Part shown: positions 10,601-19,273 of the stretch, in pieces
How positions within the stretch are numbered: the first letter of the stretch is position 1
Layout of the letters: the number at the start of each line of letters is the position of its first letter
Assembly (NCBI GenBank): GCA_050122705.1
Contig: JASFIK010000008.1
Span: forward strand, 1 to 19,273
Length of the DNA stretch: 19,273 bases
Direction of reading: 5' to 3'
From: Candidatus Omnitrophota bacterium
GTDB taxonomy: Bacteria; Omnitrophota; Gorgyraeia; Gygaellales; JAHJCI01
Notes under the pieces: model-generated
Told to the model about the DNA's origin: nothing
What the model saw: only the letters and a program-made list of their open reading frames with translations
Databases searched by the model: none
Translations under genes and position numbers: made by a program

Positions 10601-13600
10601 CTCAGGCTATTCTTTGTTGAGTAGCAAGCCAGTTTTTTTAGTTGAGATACAGGATTTAGAAGCAAGGGCTAAGGTTTTACCTTCTGCTTATACACATTTT
10701 GGCTATATTTCATTTTTTACTGCTAACGATAAAGAAGCACGCGCCTGGCCAATAAAAAAAGGGACCAACTGCTGGCAGGCTTCTGGCTTAATCCATTCTG
10801 ATATTCAGAAGGGATTTATCCGTGCTGAGGTAATTAACTTTGCTGACCTAGTTAATGACGGAGGCATAAATCAGGCCCGCGCAAATAACCACCTTCGCCT
10901 AGAAAATAAAGACTATATTGTCCAAGACGGAGATTTAATCAAGTTCCGTTTTAACAAATAATATAGCAAGCGATCCATTCAATATTAACGGATTAAACTA
11001 CAACTTAAGAGAGGTTCAAGATGATTAGCATTAAACGCGCTTTAATCAGTGTTTCTGATAAGACCGGCATTGTTGATTTTTCTCATCAGTTAAATAAGCT
11101 GGGGGTGGAGATTCTCTCCACGGGGGGAACAGCGAGATTGCTGAAAGAAAACAAGATTCCAGTAATTGATGTTTCTGATTACACCGGGTTTCCTGAGATG
11201 CTCGACGGAAGAGTAAAGACCCTGCACCCTAAGATTCACGCAGGGCTTCTGGCTTTGCGAGATAATCCTGCCCATATGCAGACACTAAAAAAACACAACA
11301 TAGGCCTAATTGATATGGTAGTGGTTAATCTCTATCCGTTTGAAAAGACAGTCGCTAAACAGGGCGTCGCTGAAGAGGAGGCAATTGAGAATATTGACAT
11401 TGGCGGTCCGTCAATGCTGCGCTCAGCAGCAAAAAACCACCAGTCAGTAGTGGTTATATCTAGCCACGATCAATATACCCCCATATTAGAGGAACTGAAG
11501 CGAAATAAGGCAGCGATAAGCAATCAGACCGCTAAACAGTTATCAGTTGAAGTATTTAATTTGACTGCACATTACGATGCAGCGATTTATAACTATTTAA
11601 GCAGTAACCAAAAAAAAGCCCCGAGGCAGGCTAAAGAGTTTCCTGCAGGGTTAAACTTAGGATTTAGTAAACTCCAGGAATTACGCTATGGAGAGAATTC
11701 CCATCAAAGAGCAGCTCTCTATAAACAAAAACAGGCAAGCCAAGGCTTAATTAATTTAAAGCAACTTCATGGCAAAGAACTCTCTTTTAACAATATTCTA
11801 GATTTGAATAGCACTTGGGAATTGGTGGCTGAGTTTCAACAACCCGCTGCGGTAGTTACCAAACACACTAATCCCTGCGGAGCGGCCGAAGATAAGTCAT
11901 TAGAGCAGGCTTTCCTGAATGCCTGGAGGTGTGATAGCCTTTCTGCTTTTGGCAGTATTGTTGGCTTAAACAGAAAGGCCGATTTAAAAACTGCCAAGTT
12001 AATGCTCAATAGCGGATTTATCGAATGTATTATTGCCCCTGGATTTAAACCAGAGGCATTAAGTTTGCTTAAGCAAAAAAAGAATCTGCGCTTGTTAGAG
12101 TTGACAGACTTAGAGCCAGCGAACGAATTCGACCTGAAAAGAGTAAATGGAGGATTATTAATTCAGGACAAAGATATAAATCTGGATGAGCTCAATAATC
12201 TCAAGATCGTGACTAAGAAAAAACCAACCCAGAGTCAAATGGATAGTCTTATTTTTGCCTGGAAGGTAGTCAAGCATGTTAAATCCAATGCCATTGTTCT
12301 TGCCCGAGGCAGGAGAACTGTAGGAATTGGAGCAGGTCAGATGTCCCGTGTGGATTCAGTAATTATTGCCAAGAGAAAAGCAGGAAAGCTCGCCAAAAAT
12401 TCCTGTCTTGCCTCAGATGCCTTTTTTCCTAAGCCTGATGCAATTGTTCAAGCAGCGCGCGCAGGTGTTGTGGCAATAATCCAACCTGGCGGATCAATCT
12501 CTGATGAGGAAATCATCCAAGCCTGCGATAAGCATAAGATTGCCATGGTTACCACAGGCAGGAGGCACTTCAAGCATTAGGTCTTAGGTTCAGCATTCGC
12601 CTAAATATGACCTACCCCGAAGTAATTAAATATCTAGACTCATTTATCGACTACGAAAAAATTCCTCAATACCCTTATAGACAATCTTTTAAATTAGAAC
12701 GGATAAAAGGATTCCTTAAAATACTGAATAATCCTCAGGAGAATCTAAAATGTATTCATGTGGCGGGAACAAAAGGCAAAGGCTCAACCTGCGCTTTTAT
12801 TGCCTATATATTGCGCCAGGCTAACCTTAGGGTTGGACTGTATACCTCACCACACTTATCTGATTTTCGCGAGCGCATAAGAATTTTAGAACCAGACAGC
12901 GATAATTCTCCTGTCCCCAATTCGTTAGCATGCCAACAAAATCAGCATAAACCAGAGGTTGACTTCGAAGGAATGATTTCTCAAAAAGAATTAATCGATT
13001 TAATAGAAGAATCAAGGCCCTGTATCAACGAATATAATGCTCAGTCTAACTACGGAGCACTTTCCTTCTTTGAGGTTTATACTGCCTTGGCCTTTAAATA
13101 TTTTCAACAGAAAAGGGTGGACCTTGTTGTTTTAGAGACAGGTCTGGGAGGTAGGCTCGATGCAACCAATACAGTTAATTCACTAATTGCCGTAATAACC
13201 TCTATAAGCTATGAGCATACCAAACATCTGGGTGGGACACTTGTTGAGATAGCCAAAGAGAAAGCAGGAATTATAAAATCCAGTTCTCAGTTAGCAATGT
13301 ATGGTTTGCGCTCAATTGTGCTTAGTGCGCCGCAGGATAAGGAGGTAATGAAGATAATCAAGGAAAGCTGCCAAAAAAAGAATGCCCATTTTTATGAAGT
13401 GGGTAGAGACATAATCATTAAACAGGAGTATTCTGGGAGTGCACAATGTTTTAGTATCAGCGGCGCATTAGGCAAATTAGCTAATCTAAGAATAAGATTA
13501 TTGGGCAAGCACCAGTTAATTAATGCAGCTTTAGCAACAGCGGTTATCTTGGTCTTGAATGAATTTTATCAGTTAGGGCTAAAACTTGAAGCAATTAAAA

Positions 13601-16600
13601 ATGGACTATATAATACTATTTGGCCGGGTAGATTTGAGATCATTCAATCAGCGCCCCTGGTAGTTTTAGACGGGGCACAGAATTCTGCTTCTTCCCAGGC
13701 GCTCCGGCAGACAGTAATTGAGAATTTTCCCAACAAGCATATAATCTTAGTGTTAGGAATCTCGCAGGATAAAGATATAAAAGGGATTTGCAAAGAGCTC
13801 TGCGGTTTAACTAAGGAAATAATTTTGACTCAGGCGAATAATCCCCGTGCGACTAAAGTAGAATTTATTCAGCAAATTATTAAAAATCAGGAAGCACTTG
13901 AAGGGATAAGACTAAAGCAAAGAATGCAGATTACAAAGACTAATGATGTAAAGGAGGCGATAAGATTAGCTACCCAAAAAGCAAATCGAGAAGATTTAAT
14001 TTTAATTAGCGGCTCGTTATTTTTAGTGGGTGAGGCCAGGGATTTATTTATTAAGCCATGCTAAATATTAATCTGAGTGATACAATTACGGCAATTGCTA
14101 CGCCGGTGGGCGAGTCAGGTATTGGCATTGTTAGGATAAGTGGCAGAAAAGCCATATCTATTGCTGAGCGAATCTTTATTTCCCCAGGTGGCGGTAAGCC
14201 TTCAGGTTTTAAGACCTTCACTACACATTATGGCTGGATTATTAATCCTCAAGATAAGCAAGCCGAGATTATTGATGAGGTTATTTTGACGGTGATGCGT
14301 AAACCACGCAGTTATACCCGAGAGGATATTGTTGAAATTAATTGCCATGGAGGGATTATCCCCTTAAGAAAAATACTGGAATTAGTTTTGCATTCAGGTG
14401 CACGTCTGAGCAAGCCAGGAGAATTTACCCAGCGCGCTTTCCTGAATGGTCGAATTGACCTCGCTCAAGCCGAGGCAGTATTAGATATTATCAGGTCAAA
14501 AACCGATTCTGCTTTAAGGATAAGCATTGAGCAGTTAAAGGGGGCTCTCTCAAAAAAACTAAATCAGTTAAGGGATAAACTCTTGGAGATGCTTGCTACT
14601 CTGGAAGCAAATATTGATTTTCCTGATGAGGATTTACAAGCTGTCGATAGTAAGAATATCTCTTTTAATCTCAGTCAGCTAGATCGTGAGTTAAGCCTTC
14701 TTCTTGATAATTCAAAAAGGGGAAGGGTCTTTCGCGAAGGTATAAAGGTGGTTATTTGTGGTAAGCCCAATGCTGGCAAATCTTCGCTTTTGAATACATT
14801 ATTAAAATGCGAACGCTCAATTGTTACTCCTATTGCCGGGACCACCCGCGACACGATTGAGGATATTTTAGATATTAGGGGCATTCCGGTGAGGATTGTT
14901 GATACCGCTGGCATAATTGAACCAAGAGATTTAATTGAAAAGAAAGCGGTTAGTCGTAGTCAGCGCTATATTCAGGATGCAGATTTGGTTTTACTTGTTT
15001 TTGATGGCAGCAGAGGCCTATCCTATGAAGATAAGATTTTAATGCGTAAGACTGAGTCAAAGCCCACCCTCGCCCTAATTAATAAAATAGACCTGAAGCA
15101 GAGAATTAAACATGCACAGATAGCCAGGCGATTCAAGCAGCCGGTTAGAATTTCCGCAAAGAGCAAGAAGAACATAGATTTGTTAGAAGAGGAAATCGCT
15201 AAATTCGTATTTAATGGCAGGATTAAATCAGGTGAAGAAATTTGGATAAGTAATCTCAGACATATTGAGAAACTTAAAAAGTTAAAAATATCAATTGTGC
15301 GGGCAAAAAAATCAGTTCACCAGAACTTACCTTATGAGCTGATTGCTCAGGATCTTAAAGAGTCAGTAGGTTTTTTAGATGAGATTCTGGGGAGGCGTTT
15401 CTCTGAGGATTTATTAGACAGGATTTTCGGTGAGTTTTGTATAGGTAAGTAATTACTGGAGGGAAGATATGGATAAGAAAAGAATCGAAAAGGCAATTAG
15501 GGATATTTTGTTGGCAATTGGTGAAAATCCTCAAAGAAGGGATCTGAAAAATACTCCCAAGCGGGTGGCTCAGATGTATGAGGAGATATTTTCGGGAATT
15601 AAACAAGATCCTAAAAAGGAACTCGAAGTAATTTTAGATCAAAAACATGATGAAATAATTCTACTCAAGGGAATACCTATATACAGCTTTTGTGAGCATC
15701 ATCTCATTCCCTTCCTGGGGCGCGTGCATATTGCTTATATACCCAAGGGCGGTCGGGTTACTGGTTTAAGTAAATTAGCCCGGGTGGTGGATATTTTATC
15801 TAAACGGCCTCAGGTCCAAGAAAGGCTTACTACTCAGATTGCCGAGATTATTATGAAGAAACTTAAACCGCGGGGGGTGATGGTGGTAATTGAAGCAGAA
15901 CACCTCTGTATGTCAATGCGGGGGGTAAAAAAACCCGGCATATTAACTGTGACCTCGGCTGTGCGTGGAATTTTCAAAGAGAACCAAAAAACGCGCACCG
16001 AGGCTTTAGCGCTAATTGGAGGTAAATAATGACTCATCCAATTTTTTGGCAGTGGTTGACATTGAGTTTATTTGCTGCATTTATGGGATTTTGTTTCTGT
16101 GACGGGTTTCATTTACACATCTTAAAAAAACTGCTTTGGTTTACAATCTTCATTGCCCTGGTTATATTTAGCATGCGAATCAGGGATGGGTTTGATTTGA
16201 CTATTATATTACCTCCTTCGACGATATTAGCCATTTTGCTTTGCTATTTGGAAAAGAGAAAACATAAAAATTATTGAATGATTAGGTGGTTAATTGGGTG
16301 GTTAGTTTATATGGTTATGCCTTGCTTGCAATAACTGCCATTCTTGAGGTGAGAAGACCATAGTCTTGCCTTTTTTTGTGCAGAGAAAGATTTTTTTTTA
16401 TTTTTATATTTTTAAAACCAGCTTTTTTAAGTAATTGAGAAATTTTTGTTTTGCTGTAAAGGCGTTCACAATAGTATCCATTTCTAAGTAGCCCCTGTTT
16501 TTTAGAAATTACAATCTCTTGTGTGTTAACTCGGTTGTCTTTAATTTCTCTTTTTCGAAAAATAATAAAATCGCTACCGGTCCTATGCCAGGAGACTGGC

Positions 16601-19273
16601 TCAAGTCTATTTTTTACATATACCGGGTTAGTCAAATCCAGAAATAATCTGCCCCCTACTCTCAAAATCCGATTGATCTCTCTTAACACCCGGAGGTTTT
16701 CTCTCTCTTCAGGAAAGTAGCCAAAAGAGTTAGCCATTACCAGAATAGCTGAGTAGTCATTGCTTGCTAATCTAGTTGAGCGGGCGTCGCCCTGATAAAA
16801 ATTTATTTTAAGCTTTTCCTTTTTGGCTGTTTGCTTGCCTAAGTTAATCAAATAATTAGAATAATCCAGTACACTTAAATCCCGATAACCACGCTTTGCT
16901 AGTTCGATTGAATGCCTGCCCTGACCGCCGAATAAATCAAGGATTCGGTCAGTTTTATCCAGATCGAGAATCCTCTCTAATAAATCTGTTTCTCGAGAGG
17001 TGAGTTCAGCATTGCATACACTTCTTGAGTCGGTAGCTAAATAGATATGATTAAAAAAGTCCTTCCACCAATCCCCCTTTACTCTAATCATGAATTTCCT
17101 CTGAAATTAAATAGCCCATCAGAGGCAATCAAGGCAGGACTGCCTCCCCAAGGGGCAAGACGGGCAATCTCCTCTTCCTCTTGGTTTATTTGTACGTATT
17201 TTCCCAATTTTCCTTCTTGCCAAAGCGCTTCTAATTTTTTTGCATCTTCCCAGAGATTAGCAGCATAAGTCTGCAATTCCTTCAAATGCTTGAGGGTAAT
17301 TATTCTTGGTCTTAGTGTGGACATCAGCGGGCCCAAAAGATACACATTACCCATTTGGACAGATTTTCTATCAATCTCATCCTGCAGCCCAGCAATAAAA
17401 TCAAATCCTAAATTAAGGATAGCTTCATTTATTCTTTTAATTGCCTCTTTGACAGAAATCTTTGAGCGTAGGATTGCTGTGCTCTGAACACCTCCACCTG
17501 AACCAACATTGGTAGGAATGCCGCCAAATCTGGTGACAAAGCCGATTAATCCCTTATGGGTAATAAAACAACGAAAATCAGTCTGCCAGGATTTTAGGAA
17601 TATTTTTTTATTTTGGTTATCAATCCAGGGAAATTCTTCTGCCCAAAGACTCATAGGAATAAGTGGCTGAACGATATAATCACCAATCCCTAATGCCTGC
17701 TGGATATGTTTGTCGATATCGGGTTCTTTGTGACCAATGATAATCCCCTTGCCCGAATAACCGTGCACTGGCTTTAAGATAATATTATTCCAGTTTGCCT
17801 TTGTCCATTCGATTAGGTCAGGAATTATCTTTTCTTTTTCATCGGTAGTTGAGCGGGCAAAGAATTGCCTTGTCCAGGGAGTTCGCTTTAGCGTGGTTGG
17901 ATTCATTAGTTCTTTATACTCTGAAGTTATCGCTTCAAATACGCCCTTTGCACCCACTGGTTCCATTCCTCGCGGATTAACCACCAATCCTTGTTTTATT
18001 GCTTCAATCAGAGGAGCAAGATTATATTTCTTCTTTAATTTGATAATTACGTTATTATTAAAATCCAGGAATATTAAAGTAATTCTGTTATTATTCACAA
18101 ATACCCGATTATTTTTTAACTCCAATTTTTCCGGACCAACCAGACAGGCAGAGGTGTCCGTCAGGCTATTGAGATATTGGACAAAATGGATGTTTTCGCC
18201 CACCTTATCGAGGGTTTCTGGTTCAGCCACCAAGGCAATAGATGGCTTTTCTCTGCCGAAGTTCTTCTGGTGAGCCTCAAGCAGCAAACTGGCAAACTCT
18301 GGTACAGGATTAAGAATGGGGTAGTCGAAATCTAATTCTATGTCAATCCCAGAGGCTTTTTTTATCTTCTCCCAGGATAATTTTGCATTCTCTTGAGCCA
18401 TGCGTTGATAATCCCATCCCCCGGGACTACCCATATTCCATTCTGAATGATATCCTAAGAATTCATCTTGCATTGTCTTTCCATCCTCTTTTTAATCGAA
18501 TCAAAAGGAAGTTGGCCTGCGCTAAGCAAACAACTATGGAAATTCTTTATTCCCATTAGGGGAACAAATTTATTCCTTAAGTTTTCAATCTCAAATTTTC
18601 CAATAGTATAACATAATTGATATCCGCAGGTAAGGAGATAATGTCTGAGCATTGCCTTTACCCTTTCAGTGCTGTAACCTAGCCAGCGTAGTTCATCCGC
18701 AGCTTCAGAAGGTTGCATTTTATTTATCCTTATGCCTACATCGAGCTTAGCCCTTATTGCCCTCCAGGCCTGCCTTCTTAAACCAACTAGCCTTTGCCAG
18801 GAGTGCTTTTCATATCCAAACTCATCAATTAATCTTTCTGCATAAGAAGCCCAGCCTTCATAAAAAAGCGGAGATTCAATCTGCTGACGGATTGGATTTT
18901 GAATATTGCGCCTAATCGAATCTAAGAGATGGTGTCCCGGATAAGTTTCATGGGCAGTGACGAAGATATATTCTTGATGAATATTTTCTTTAATATGGTT
19001 AATGCTTATATAAAAAAAAGCCGATTCCTTTTGATTTTTACTCAAGGGACAACTGTATGAGGCAGAGGCCCTGATTGGCGCTAAATAAAGCGGGGTTTGC
19101 CGCACCTCGATATTTTGCATTCTGGGAATTCTGATGAGATCAGATTTTACCAGGAAATCTCTTAAGCCGTTGATCTGGCTGGAGTAGAGACTCAGCAATT
19201 CTTTTTTGCTCCTTATCTTTAGTTTATAATTAGCAAGAATTTTCTGCCAACTCTTTGCTGGCTGGATATGCCT

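Overview
This is a densely coding, AT-rich bacterial chromosomal segment read with the standard genetic code. TAA, TAG and TGA all act as stops, and most genes have AGGAG-type Shine-Dalgarno (SD) sites. I can support 19 protein-coding genes, 2 sigma70-type promoters, one intrinsic terminator and one structured leader. I see no rRNA, tRNA, CRISPR array, transposase/integrase or long repeat. Layout from left to right: (i) A plus-strand block: the 3' end of a large hypothetical protein, an M20 (ArgE/DapE-type) metallopeptidase, a PAC2-family protein, HypE, and a UPF0280/COG2122 protein. (ii) A 366-nt very AT-rich gap holding a promoter, a hairpin-closed structured element, and a terminator that abuts the next ATG. 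(iii) A tight 3-gene operon: a D-Ala-D-Ala-ligase-family ATP-grasp enzyme, a lysine-type KamA 2,3-aminomutase, and a signal-peptide beta-barrel protein. (iv) A near-consensus promoter driving a divergent EF-G paralogue and a P-loop-less YchF relic, then purH-folC-mnmE-folE and a translationally coupled 82-aa membrane protein. (v) A convergent minus-strand operon with overlapping stops and starts: DUF885 (5' end outside the window), an ATP-grasp-like ligase, and a SAM methyltransferase. Two things are most worth following up. The first is the ATP-grasp/KamA/beta-barrel operon with its unclassified leader RNA, a candidate beta-lysine ligation pathway with no characterised equivalent known to me. 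The second is the DUF885/ATP-grasp/methyltransferase operon. All family calls come from reading motifs by eye and from memory of the families; no database search or folding program was run.
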